Positions 1 to 12,808 of a stretch of 64,000 nucleotides of DNA are shown here, piece after piece. How positions within the stretch are numbered: position 1 is the first letter of the stretch; each line of letters starts with the position of its first letter. The notes under the pieces are model-generated. The model did no database searches, was not told the DNA's origin, and saw only the letters and a program-made list of their open reading frames with translations. The DNA comes from Lingula anatina. Its lineage: Eukaryota; Animalia; Brachiopoda. Where the stretch lies: assembly GCA_051362555.1 (NCBI GenBank), contig CM120647.1, positions 16,716,651 through 16,780,650 of the forward strand, given 5' to 3'. Both the position numbers and the translations under genes were made by a program.

Positions 1-319
1 AAAATAACTGTCGCAAAGCAGTGTGATAGCAATACAAATACGAATTTTGCAAAAATAGTTAAGATTATAAATGATGGATAAGTAAAAATGAGAAGAATAG
101 TTCTTATTATAATTATTATTATTCTTTATTAGACTTTTAATAATAATAATAATAATAATAATAATTATTATTATTATTATTATTATTTTAAAATTAAAAC
201 ATGAAATGTTCTGAAGCAAACCATGGACGTGTAGCAGCGCTAATGTTTGTTTACATTGAAAGTCTTGCAATTTATTTTAGAAAAAAAGCTTTCCAGTTCA
301 TGCAATTTCAACTTTCCAG

Positions 320-830
320 ACACAACATGACTTTGAAAACATGCGGCTGCCGAATGGTATACTATCCAAAGGTCAGAGGTTACAGAGACTGTTCCCCGCG
401 TGACATCATCACGTGTTATTTCCCGCTGTCAGAAAACACGACCCAGATAAAGCGACAGTGTGGCTGCATAGCACCATGCGAGATTTTGTATTTTGACTAC
501 AGCATCTCCAGTTCTAAAATGTCTCCAAAAGCAATATCATCGGAGTTAAACAGAACAGCAGAATCCGTTGAAAAAGACTTCGTCAGCGTGGCGTTATACT
601 ACACGGATATGACGTACGAGGAAGTGGTTCAACAAGAAGCCTACAGCACGCTGACTTTGTTTGCTGACATAGGAGGAGCTCTTGGCCTCGTTCTGGGTAG
701 CACCTTAATGACACTAGCCGAAATACTGGATTTCATCTTTGGGTTATGTGTTTGGAAGATTTCGAGATGGAAAAATAAGATTTTGAACACCTTCAGAAAG
801 CAAGAAGCAAAAGACAGCAGGCGTGTGTGA
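320..830 (+). CDS. Terminal exon of a DEG/ENaC (ASIC-like) sodium channel: Cys-rich thumb, TM2 and C-tail; earlier exons lie outside the window or are absent
   Basis: Acceptor ctttccag|a at 319/320. Open frame HNMTLKTCGCRM...CGCIAPC...LYYTDMTYEEVVQQEAYS..LFADIGGALGLVLGSTLMTLAEILDF matches the DEG/ENaC pre-TM2/TM2 signature. Stop TGA at 830. Confidence 0.85.
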
Positions 831-1939
831 TTTTCTTACGTTAAAAGCACTGGATGCATGTACATATATCCGGTGGAACTGCCCCAAAGTCAAATCTGTT
901 CCCCGCGCAAAGTTTCTCATCTTTCCCAATGTAGAACAAACGGTAGACACTTTCAAGTAAAATTGTGAAGCATTCTTAATGTCGATACAAAATATGAGGG
1001 GTGGACCATTTGTACTAGTCTAAATAGTTGTCTTGCTGACGTGGGGGACTATAGTAAAATGTGTCTAATGTTTTGTCTGTTTTTACTGACATAATTCGTG
1101 TAAGGTTAAGTAATGGTCTGTAAACCTGTAGTTAAGTCATTTAATGGACATGACCAAATCGCGATGAAATTAAAAATAAACAGCTAAAAAATTCAAGTGT
1201 CTTTCATTTAAAAAAGCAACGATGTATATTTTTCTGTTTGCTTAAAAACCTCACAACGTATTTGGTTTTGTAAATAAATTGAACATTCCCTTTTTCTGGC
1301 ACAAATGCAGGTGGCATTTAAATCAAAACAGCTTTATGTATAGCGTTTGTGAATGAATGATAATAAATGAACGGAAACACCGCGCTGAATTATACTGGTT
1401 CTTTTGAAGTGAAAAAAGGAAAATAAGCCTTAATCAACGTTACTGACGGTTTTGAAACCACAAAAATAAAGGTATAATTATTATTTGAATAACTTGGTCC
1501 ATAAAGAATGGGAGCTAATGATGAAAAACGCAGGTAGGTAATTGTGAATTGGTCTCTACAAGAAAGTACCTGCTAAGAGAATTACATATAGAACAACACG
1601 TTATCTTGGGACACAAACCTCTCTCAAATCAAACAAGAGCAACCGAGATCTAAGGTAAAAATTTGCAGGTTTTTCTCTTCTAATTTTTCCGTTTCATTTC
1701 TAGAATGTTTGTTCACATTCGTTTATAGAGGTTTGGGTGCGTACTTTTGTCTGAAAATCAATGATGACATTTGAAATGACTAGCCTAATTCAAATGATAT
1801 AGGTGCTTGAAACAAAACATGGACGTGTAGCAGCGTGAATGTACACTTTTATTTTAATGAAACTGAAGTCTCGCAGTGTATTGTAGAAAAATAGCTATTG
1901 CGTTTAAACTTACGAGTTCATGCAATTTCAACTTTTCAG

Positions 1940-2450
1940 ACACAATATGACTTTGAAAACGTGCGGCTGCCGGATGGTATTCTAGCCAGAGGTCAAAGGT
2001 TACAGAGACTGATCCCCACGTGACATCATCACGTGTTACTTCCAGCTGTAAGAAAATACGACCCAGATATAGCAACATTTTGGCTGCATAGCACCATGAG
2101 AGATTTTATCTTTTGACTACAGCATCTCCAGTTCTAAAATATCTTAAAAAGCAATATCGTCGGAGTTAAACAGAATAGCAGAATCCCTTGAAAAAGACTT
2201 CGTCAGCGTGGCGTTATACTACACGAATATGACGTACGAGGAGGTGGTACAACAAGAAGCCTTCAGCACGCTGACTATGTTTGCTGACATAGGAGGAGCT
2301 CTTAGCCACGTTCTCGGAAGCACCTTAATGACAATAACCGAAATATTGGATTTTTTATTTGGATTATGTGTTTGGAAGTTTCCGAGATGGAAAAATAAGA
2401 TTTTGAACGCCTTCAGAAAGCAAGAAGCAAAGGACAGCAGGCCTATGTGA
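1940..2450 (+). pseudogene. Decayed copy of the DEG/ENaC terminal exon
   Basis: Colinear with 320-830, but the 5' half has indels and stops (e.g. gcaccatga, tcttaa). Only 2208-2450 remains open, with TM2 degraded to GGALSHVLGST. Confidence 0.85.
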
Positions 2451-3909
2451 TTTTGTTATGTTAAAAGCACCGGATGCATGTACATATATCCGGTGGAACT
2501 GCCCCAAAGTCAAATCTGTTCCCCGCGCAAAGCTTCTCAACTTTCCCAATGTAGAACCAACGATAGACACTTTCAAATAAAAATTGTGAAGCATTCTTAA
2601 TGTCGATACAAAATATGAGGGGTGGACCATTTGTACTAGTAAAAATAGTTCTTTTGCTGACGTGGGGGACTGTAGTAAAATATATCTAATGTTTTGTCTG
2701 TCTTTACTGACATAATTCCTGTAAAATTAAGTAATTGCGATGAAATTAAAAATAAACAGCTAAAAAATTCAAGTGTCATTCATTTAAAACAGCATTGGTG
2801 TATATTTTTCTGTTTGCTTAAAAACCTCACAATGTATTTGGTTTTGTAAATAAATTGAAAATTCCCTTTTTCTGGTAAAGATGCAGGTGGCATTTAAATC
2901 AAAACAGTTTTATGTGTAGCGTTTGTGAATGAATGATAATAAATGAACGGAATTATACTGGTTCTTCTGAAGTGAAAAAAGGAAAACGAGCCTTAATCTA
3001 CGTTACTGACGGTTTTGAAACCACAAAAATAGGATATAATTATCATTTGAATAATTCGGTCAATGAAGAATGGAAGCTAATAATGAAAAACGCAGGTAAC
3101 TAATTGTGAATTGGCCGCTACAAGAAAGTACCTGCTAAAAAGCTATTGAGTTTTAACTTAAAAAATAAGATTTTGAACGTCTTCAAGAACAAAGAGGTAG
3201 AAGACGGCAGACGTGTGTGATTTTCCTACGTTAAAAGCACCGGATGCATGTACATAGGTTTATATCGGGTGGAAGTATCCCAAAGTCAAATCTGTTTCCA
3301 GCGCAAAGCTTCTTATCCTTCCCAATTCAGAACAAATGTTAGACACTTTCAAATAAAAATAATGTCGATACAATATATGAGCGGTGGACCATTTTCACTA
3401 GTCTAAATAGTTCTCTTGCTGTCGTATATGGATTATAGTAAAATATGTTTAGTGGTTCGTCTGTCTTTACTGACATAATTCGTGTAAGGGTAAAGTAATG
3501 ATCTGTAAACCTGTAGATAAGTCATTTAATGGACATGACCAAATTGCAATGAAATACAAAATGAATAGCTAAAAAAATTCAAGTGTCATTCATTTAAAAA
3601 AGCATTAATGTACATGTATATTTTTCTGTTTGCTTAAAAACCTTACAATGTATTTGACTTTGTAATTGAACATTTCCTTTTTCTGGCACAGATGCAGGTG
3701 GCATTTAAATCGAAACAGTTTTATCAATAGCGTTTGTGAATGGAAGATAATAAATGAACGGAAACATAGCTCTGAATTATACTGGTTCTCTTGGAGTGAA
3801 AAAAGGAAAACGAGCCTTAAACTTACGTTAATTAAGAGAGGTAAAATGTCAGAATTATTAATCTACTCAACTTACTTCCTTAAGTGCTCCCTTCACACTC
3901 GTTTTTCAG

Positions 3910-4002
3910 GGTACCCCTTACTGTGGTCATCGGAGCTGTAATATATTCGGCTGTGCATGTGGCGGAGGATGTAGACCTGACTGTGGAAAAAGCCTAATGT
4001 AA
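3910..4002 (+). pseudogene. Orphan exon 2 of a Diedel-like Cys-rich peptide gene (GTPYCGHRSCNIFGCACGGGCRPDCGKSLM*)
   Basis: tttttcag|GGT acceptor and intact frame to TAA. The signal-peptide exon and most of the intron are missing; a junction near 3825 fuses ENaC downstream sequence to the intron end. Confidence 0.75.
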
Positions 4003-4869
4003 GTTATCTGTGAATATATTTAGCCTTAATTAAGCACAGAACTGCGTCTCTTCATAACGTCTCTCCATAACTGTATGTTGGCCAAGTACATGGCGCTATT
4101 TGGACTATCGAAAATAAATAAGAAAAAAAAAAATAATCCTCCGTCCGATTTCTAGTATGAGTTAAAGAACACATTTTTCATGCTTGCTACTACAAGTACT
4201 TCAAGATTAAGTTGATAAAATGAATCTCAGACTTCCGTTTTTACAGTGTGGAAGACAATTTCTGGACTGTTGATGTGGAATGCAGATGTGCCAACACAAG
4301 GTCCACGAGGGGGACAGATGGTGGTTATGATGGCGTAAGCGAAGTTCGACCTTGACTTGACGCACATCTGATGCAGTCTTCTGGACACACAGCGCATTTT
4401 CTTGAATCACCCTTGTTGAAGTCAATGGGAAACCAAGTGTTTGAATATCTGTTTTGTAAGCTAAGATGACAGCTGTGTTTCATTAAAAAACGACTTACAA
4501 TACCATGTGGTCTGTGTGCTCTGATGTTTGTTTTTTTTTTTAATATTTATTATAACTAACCGTACAGAATGCTATTACACATCAAATTTATCCCTACGGA
4601 AAAGGTGAAAGTACCTACCTGACACGTATCTCAAGCCGTTAGTTCCTATGAAATTATAGTCTAACTAGTATTTTTTTACCGTTGGCAATACCACACTATA
4701 CTATAACGTTAAGTTGGGTTTTATGGAAGAATGGTGTATAAATCTGAATCAATGGAATCAAGTCACAATGAGCCACAAGTGGCATATTATCTGGAGCCAA
4801 ATTTGATGTTATTTTTATCCAACATAACGCATATAAAATAGCTAAGCATAACGAAGGGTGCTAAACTAA

Positions 4870-5094
4870 GGGTGCATTCCCAGAGATTTAGATCGATCCA
4901 GAGATTAAAATTTAGATCGACCTAACACCCTGGAGGTTTATACTAAATTGCAGTCAGCCGAGCAGGCACCATAGTTAATAACCCCCTTACAGCTTTTAGT
5001 AGGCGGGACAGACGCTTAAGTCGGCTAAGCTGACAGTAATATAGTGGGACTCCCCACCGGGATAGATCGATCTAAAATCTATGGGAATGGGGTC
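4870..5094. mobile_element. ~225 bp MITE, PIF/Harbinger-like
   Basis: Imperfect TIRs gggtgcattcccagagatttagatcgatc / gatcgatctaaaatctatgggaatggggtc, flanked by taa/caa. Absent at paralogous sites (18481, 28601, 39490). Confidence 0.65.
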
Positions 5095-5318
5095 CAAGTG
5101 TCTAATTTCCAGTTTAATTTTAATGAATTTGCGTTGGTGTTCCTGAGAGGTATATAAATGGCACTAAAACAACTGCATTCAAGTTGTTCTTGCTGTGTGT
5201 AAAGTCAACTTTGAAGCTTTTTCACGTTGATAGCACTTCCGTCATTGCCTTTGTAGAGCCGCATTTTGCAACTGCAACGCATTTTGCAAACAACGAAAAT
5301 CGTAACGCACTTTTTAAG

Positions 5319-6268
5319 TTGGTGAACCTTCTGTCTCTACATGGCAACTGTGGCGAGAGGAATTTGGCTTATTACAAAAAAATACAGCAAAGTAAACTGC
5401 CGTGCAGAATGCTTGTATGAATCTATGGTGTAAGCAGTTGAAATGACAGTCGTAAAGTCTGTGAACGTACCGGGTAGATTTAGTGGATGACGTTAGGATC
5501 AATATTCGGTGAAATATTCTTGGCTTGAAAACGTCTGATGCTCAGTTTGTGGAATTATTTAGACAAAAATAACTGTCGAAAAGCAGTGTGATAATAATGC
5601 AAATACAAATTTTTCAAAAATGCTTAAGATTATAAATGATGGATTAATAAAAGTAAAAATGTATATTTACATTGATAATGAAATCAAAGTCTTGTGCTAT
5701 ATTGTAGAAAATAACGTGAATTTAAACTCACGGGTTCTTGCAATTTCAACTTTCCAGACACAACATGACTTTGAAAACGTGTGGCTGCCGGATGGTATAC
5801 TATCCAAAGGTCAAAGGTTACAGAGACTGTTCCCCACGTGACATCATAACGTGTTATTTCCCGCTGTCAGAAAACACGACCCAGATAAAGCAACATTGTG
5901 GCTGCATAGCACCATGCGAGATTTTGTATTTTGACTACAGCATCTCCAGTTCTAAAATGTCTCCAAAAGCAATATCATCGGAGTTAAACAGAACAGCAGA
6001 ATCCGTTGAAAAAGATTTCGTCAGCGTGGCGTTATACTACACGGATATGACGTACGAGGAAGTGGTTCAACAAGAAGCCTACAGCACGCTGACTTTGTTT
6101 GCTGACATAGGAGGAGCTCTTGGCCTCGTTCTGGGTAGCACCTTAATGACACTAGCCGAAATACTGGATTTCATCTTTGGATTATGTGTTTGGAAGATTC
6201 CGAGATGGAAAAATAAGATTTTGAATGCCTTCAGAAATCAAGAAGCAAAAGACAGCAGGCGTATGTGA
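5319..6268 (+). pseudogene. DEG/ENaC last two exons (5319-5429 with +1 frameshift; 5758-6268 open)
   Basis: The penultimate exon LVNLLSLHGNCGERNLAYYKK.. has an extra A in an A-run. Its donor atggt|gtaagc is phase-compatible with ccag|acac at 5758. The terminal exon is nearly identical to 320-830. Confidence 0.75.
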
Positions 6269-7753
6269 TTTTTTATTTTTAAAGTACCGGATGCATGTAC
6301 ATATCCGGTGGAACTGTCCCAAAGTCAAACCTGTTCCCTGCGCAAAGCTTCTCATCTTTCCCAATGTAGAACAAACGGTAGACACTTTCAAATAAAACTT
6401 GTGAAGCATTCTTATGTCGATACAAAATATGAGGGGTGGACCGTTTGTACTAGTCTAAATAGTCCTTTTGCTGACGTGGGGGACTATAGTAAAATGTGTC
6501 TAATGTTTTGTCTGTCTTTACTGACATAATTCGTGTAAGGTAAAGTAATGGTCTGTAAACCTGTAGTTAAGTCATTTAATGGACATGACCAAATTGCGAT
6601 GAAATTAAAAATTAACAGCTAAACATTTCAAGTTTCATTCAATTAAAAAAGCGACACTGTATATTTTCTTCCCCATTGTATTTATAATCCGTTTGCTTTA
6701 AAAACCTCACAATGTATTTAGTTTTGTAAATAAATAATACATTTCCTTTTTCTGGCACAAATGCAGGTGGCATTTAAATCGAAACAGTTTTATGTATAGT
6801 GTTTGTGAATGAATGATAATAAATGAACGGAAACACCGCGCTGCTAAATAATACTGGTTCTTCTGAAGTGAAAAGAGGAAAAAGAGCCTTAATCAACGTT
6901 ACTGACGGTTTTGAAACACAAAAATACAGGTATAATTATCATTAAAATAATTCGGTCCATGAAGAATGGAAGCTAATGGAAGCTAACGCAGGTAGCTAAT
7001 TGTGAGTTGGCCGCAACAAGAAAGTACCTGCTTAAAGAATTACGTATCTAGACCAACACGTGATCTTGGGACACAAACCTCTCTCATATCAGACAAGATC
7101 AACCGAGATCTAAGGTAAAAAAAGTTTTTCTTTTCTAATTTTTCCGTTTTTCTTTCTAAAATGTTTGTTCGCATTCTTTTATGGTAGTTTGGGCGCGTAC
7201 TTTTGTCTGAATCAATGATGACATTTCAAATGACTAGCCTAATTCAAATGATAAAGGTACTGAGAATAGAAGTCGCATTTTTGTCATATTTGCTTTGCCC
7301 AGTTTTAATCCAACAGCCGTCTTGCTTCACAATATCACTGCATGGCGTGACACATCATATGGTGTAATCAAATTCATTTGAATGCGAAAACCAGGTGCTT
7401 AAGACCAGTTTAATTTACTTTTCTTTTTCCTGGCAAAATATCGTTTTTCTGACGGTGGCCTACCTGCCTAGAGATGAATATATAGAGAACAACACGTTAT
7501 CCTGGGACGTAAACCTTATATCAGACACGATCGACTGTTGACTTGCATTTATAGAAATCATTGGTTTATAAATATATTTTAGAATTTCAAAAAGTAACCT
7601 GTTGTAAAGTGATTGTTGAGCTACTAAGCCTCATAATTCATAACGTTTTATTTCTTGTTCAGAAAATTGTTCACCTTACAATCTTTATTCTTGTTTAACT
7701 ATTCAGATGCGTTTACAGAATGTTATAGGGTCGCAAGTATCTAAAAAAAACCA

Positions 7754-8590
7754 ATGCTCACATTTCAGAAGATGACTTGCTCTCACGTGATAACAGCTGC
7801 TGTGACCTGTGCATGCTTGGTAGCTATTCTGATACAACCAACCGAGGGAGTGTGCTGCAAAGCTGACCTCCATGGGTTTTGCAATGACTGCTTTTCTGTA
7901 TGTATATTCAATATGAATCTTGCATAAAGGCATTGCAAACCATTCTCCTTCCATACCACTAAATGATCCAGGATTTGTGGTGGGGCAAAAAATCAAAATG
8001 AAAAATGTGTTAAAAGTATAATTTGGTTGACGGGGAGATTTTGCAGCAACAGATAGAACACAGGCGAGGGAGATTGTCTGGTGTTGTTTATTTTTGTTTT
8101 GAGTTAGTTTAATTATTTGGGGAGAGAGAAGGGGAAGAAAGAGTAATTCAGACGCGAAAAGATGGCAGCACTTGTCTGTCTATGCCCCCCATCCCAACTA
8201 GATTAGCTGCTACAAGAAAAAGCTTAAAGCATAACTTTGAACTATTCTAACCAAATATTGGGCATGAATTTAACCCCAGTAGATATTGGCCATAAAGAAT
8301 TTATATGGCTTGAATTAATCGTCGTTATTTTGATCTCAAAATATTTTTGACAGCTGTGATGCCTTATAAACTAGATAATGAGAATAGTGTTCATTAAGAG
8401 AGCTAAATGTCAGAATTATCAATCTACTCAACCTACCTCCAGCTTGGGAGTTCAACCCTCTTGGATATTTGGTGCTACCTTTAAACGTGTTTTTCAGGGA
8501 ACCCCTTACTGTGGGAATCAAGGCTGTAATATATTCGGCTGTGCATGTGGCGGAGGATGTAGACCTGACTGTGGAAAAAGCCTAATGTAA
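7754..8590 (+). CDS. Secreted 10-Cys Diedel-like peptide, copy B (exons 7754-7897, 8498-8590)
   Basis: Spliced phase 0 (tct|gtatgt ... ttttcag|gga): MLTFQKMTCSHVITAAVTCACLVAILIQPTEG-VCCKADLHGFCNDCFSGTPYCGNQGCNIFGCACGGGCRPDCGKSLM*. Hydrophobic signal peptide ends in TEG. Confidence 0.85.
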
Positions 8591-10161
8591 GTTATCTGTG
8601 GATATATTTCGGCTTAATCAAGCACAGAACTGCGTGCCTTCACGTAGTCTCTTCATAACTGTATGTTGGCCAACTACATGACCTTATTTGGACTATCGAC
8701 CATAAATGAGAAAAGATAAAAATATCCTCCGTCTGATCTGTTGTATGATTTAAAGAGCACGTTTGTCAGCCGTCTTCACATGTTTGCTACTACCATAACT
8801 TCAATATTAAGTTTCATATTTTACACATGGTACATGTACTTCATTTTTACAGTGTTGGAGGCGATTTCTGGAGTGGTGAGGTAGAATGCAGATGTGCCAA
8901 CACAAGGTCCACTAGGGGCACTGATGGTGGTTATGATGACCTGACGCACATTTGAAGCACTCTTCTGGAAACACAGCGCATTTTCTTGAATCACCCCTGT
9001 TGAAGTCAATGGGAAACCCATTGTTTGAATATCTGTTATGTAAGCTAGGATGGCTACTGTGTTTCATTAAAAATAGGACGTACAGTACCATGTGCTCTGC
9101 TATTTGTTCTGTTTTGATATTTATTATAACTAATCATCCGGAATGCTATTTCAAATCAAATTTATCTCTACGGAAAAGGTGAAAGTGCCTACCTGACACG
9201 TATCTCAAGCCGTAAATTCCTATGAAATTTTAGTATAACTAGTATTTTATTACTATGGTCAATACCACAACATACTATAACGTTAAGTTGAATTATTTTG
9301 AAATATGTTGCATAAATCTGAGTCGATCAAAACAATTCACAATCACCCACGAGTGGCATGGTAAAATTTGATGTTTATTTTATCCAACGTAATGAATATA
9401 AAATAGCTTACCATAACGAAGGCTGCTAAGTAAAAGTCCAATTTCCAGTTTTATTATTTTTAATTTGTATTTCTGTGACGGCGTTGGTGGTCCTGAGATT
9501 TTGAACATTTTCAAGAAGCAAGAAGTTAAAGACAGCAAACGTGTGATTTTCTTACGTTAAAAGCACCGTATGCATTTACATGTATCCAGTGGAATTATCC
9601 CAAAGGCAAATCTGTTCCCCGCTCAAAGCTTCTTATCCTTCCCAATTGAGAACAAACGATAGACACTTTCAAATAATAATTATGAGGCATTCTAAATGTC
9701 GATACAATATATGACGGGTGGACCATTTGTACTAGTCTAAATAGTTCTCTTGCTGACGTGGGGGACTATAGTAAATTATGTTTATTGTTTTGTCTGCCCT
9801 TACTAACATAATTCGTGTAAGGGTAAAGTACTGGTTTGTAAACCTGTAGTTAAGTCATTTAATGGACATGACCAAATTGCAATGAAATACAAAATGAACA
9901 GCTAAAAATCATTCATTTTAAAAAACAACACTGTATATTTTTCTGTTTACTTAAAAACCAGACAATGTATTTGGCTTTGTAACTAAACATTTCCTTTTTC
10001 TGGCACAGATACAGGTGTCATTTTAAATTGAAACAGTTTTATCTATAGCGTTTGTGAATGAATGATTATAAATGAATGGAAACACTGAATTATACTGGTT
10101 CTTTTGGAGTGAAAAAAGGAAAATGAGCCGTAGTCTATGTTACTTACAGTTTTGAAACCAC

Positions 10162-10190
10162 AAAAAAAAAAAAAAATAAAATAAAAATAA

Positions 10191-10221
<31 letters not shown>

Positions 10222-10284
10222 AAATAAATATAAAAATAAAATAAAATAAATAAATAAAATAAATAAATAAATAAATAAATAAAT
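10162..10284. repeat. Poly-A / (AATA)n microsatellite
   Basis: Read directly. It expands the A-run present in paralogous units (12170, 15755). Confidence 0.95.
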
Positions 10285-12737
10285 GTATGATTTTCATTTC
10301 AATAATTCTGTCAGATTTTTGAATTGGTCTCTACAAGAAAGTACCTGCTAAAGGAATTACATATAGAATAACACGTGATCTTGGGACACAAACCCCATTC
10401 ATATCAGACAAGACCACATGAACCGAGATCCAAGGTAAAAAATTGCAGATTTTTCTCTTCTAATTTTCCCGTTTTCATTTCTAGAATGTTTGTTCACATT
10501 TATATATAGTATTTTAGGCGCGTACTTTTGTCTGATAATCAATGATGGCATTTCAAATGACTAGCCTAATTAAAATGATATAGGTCCTGAGAATATAAGT
10601 CGCATATTGTCATTTAAAATTTGCCCAGTTAATCCAGCAGCCATCTTACTCCGCAATATCACTGCAAGGCGTGACATATCATCACGTAAACAAATTCATT
10701 TGTATGTGAATATCAGGTGCTTAAGACCAGCAGTTTAATTTACTTTTCTTTTTCCTGGCAAAATATCGTTTTTCTGACGGTGGCCACCTGCCTAGAGATG
10801 AATATATAGAGAACAACACGTTATCCTGGGACATAAACCTTATAGCAGACACGTGCGACAAACCAAGATCTAAGGTAAAATTTTGCCCAGCTTTATCTTG
10901 TTGGTTTTATTTGTAGATTGCTGTTAACATGCCTTTGCAGAAATCAGTGCTTTATAAATATATTTTAGAATTTCAAAAGGTAGGCTGTTGTCAAGTGATT
11001 ATGGTTGAGCTACTGAGCCTCATAATTCATTAATTTACCATCCGGAATGCTATTCCAAATCAAATTTATCTCTACGGAAAAGGTGAAAGTTCCTACCTGA
11101 CACGTATCTGAAGCCGTTAGTTCCTATGTAATTTTATTCTAACTAGTATTTTATTTACTATGGGCAATACTACAATATACTATAATGTTAAGTTGGATTA
11201 TATTGAAATATGGTGTATACATCTGAGTCGATCAAAGCAATTCACAATAAGCCATGAGTGGCATGTCATCTGGGGTCAAATTTGATGTAATTTTTATCCA
11301 ACGTAACGAATATAAAATAGCTAACCATAACGTAAGGTGCTAAGTAAAAGTCTAATTTCCAGTTATATTTTTATTAATTTGTATTTCTGTGACGGCGTTG
11401 GTGGTCCTGTGATTTTGAACGTCTTCAAGAAGTAAAAGACAGCACACATATGTGATTTTCTTACGTTGAAAGCACTGGATGCATTTACATATATCCGGTG
11501 GAAATATCCCAAAGGCAAATCTGTTCCCCGCGCAAATCTTCTTATCCTTCCCAATTGAGAACAAACGATAGACATTCTTAATGTAGATACAATATATGAC
11601 GGGTGGACCATTTGTACTAGTCTAAATAGTTCTCTTGCTGACGTGGGGGACTACAGTAAATTATGTTTATTGTTTTGTCTGTCCTTACTAACATAATTCG
11701 TGTAAGGGTAAAGTACTGGTTTGTAAACCTGTAGTTAAGTCATTTAATGGACATGACCAAATTGCAATGAAATACAAAATGAACAGCTAAAAATCATTCA
11801 TTTAAAAAAACAACACTGTATATTTTTCTGTTTGCTTAAAAACCTGACAATGTATTTGGCTTTGTAACTAAACATTTCCTTTTTCTGGCACAGCTAGAAC
11901 AGCTAACAGCTAAAAATAATTCATTTTAAAAAACAACACTGTATATTTTTCTGTTTGCTTAAAAACCTGACAATGTATTTGACTTTGTAACTAAACATTT
12001 CCTTTTTCTGGCACAGATACAGGTGACATTTTGAATTAAAACAGTTTTATCTGTAGCGTTTGTGAATGAATGATTATAAATGAATGGAAACACTGAATTA
12101 TACTGGTTCTTTTGGAGTGAAAAAAGGAAAATGAGCCGTAGTCTATGTTACTTACAGTTTTGAAACCACAAAAAAAAAAAAAAAAAAGATAAATGTATGG
12201 TTTTCATTTCAATAATTCTGTCCATGAAGTAAGGAAGCTAATGATGAAAAACGCAGGTAGATTTTTGAATTGGTCTGCAAGAAAGTACCTGCTAGAAGAA
12301 TTACATATAGAATAACACGTGATCTTGGGACACAAACCCCTCTCATATCAGACAAGACTACATGAACCGAGATCCACGGTAAAAAATTGCAGATTTTTCT
12401 CTTCTAATTTTTCCGTTTTCATTTCTAGAATGTTTGCTCACATTCGTTTATATTGGTTTGGGTGCGTACCTTTGTCTGAAAAACAATGAGAACATTTCAA
12501 ATGACTAGCCTAATTCAAATGATATAGGTACTGAGAATATAAGCCACATTTTTGTCATTTTTACTTTGCCCAGTTAATCCAGCAGCCATCTTACTTCACA
12601 AAATCACTGCAAGGCATGACGCATCAAATTCATTTCAATGTCAAACCCAGGCGTTTAAGACCAGCAGTTTAATTTACTTTTCTTTTTCCTGGCATAATAT
12701 CGTTTTTCTGACGGTGGCCTACCTGCCTACAGGTGAA

Positions 12738-12808
12738 TATATAGAGAACAACACGTTATCCTGGGACATAAACCTATAGCAGACACGAGCGACAAACCAA
12801 GATTTAAG
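12738..12808 (+). promoter_or_regulatory. Putative TATA box and short non-coding leader exon of the peptide gene (example from copy C)
   Basis: TATATAGAG at 12738 is followed ~70 bp later by aag|gtaaaa. An AG-rich acceptor region (13131-13154) precedes the coding exon, and the same layout recurs in most units. Confidence 0.4.

Noticed and set aside
201-830. Processed (retro) ENaC pseudogenes, or a standalone 209-aa protein
   Set aside because: Copies retain the upstream intron, acceptor and penultimate exon, so they are DNA-level duplications. ORF residues before 320 are intronic.
10043-10297. Hydrophobic FIYL-repeat ORF; similarly 51466-51759 and 58600-58833
   Set aside because: These are translations of microsatellites or poly-A tracts.
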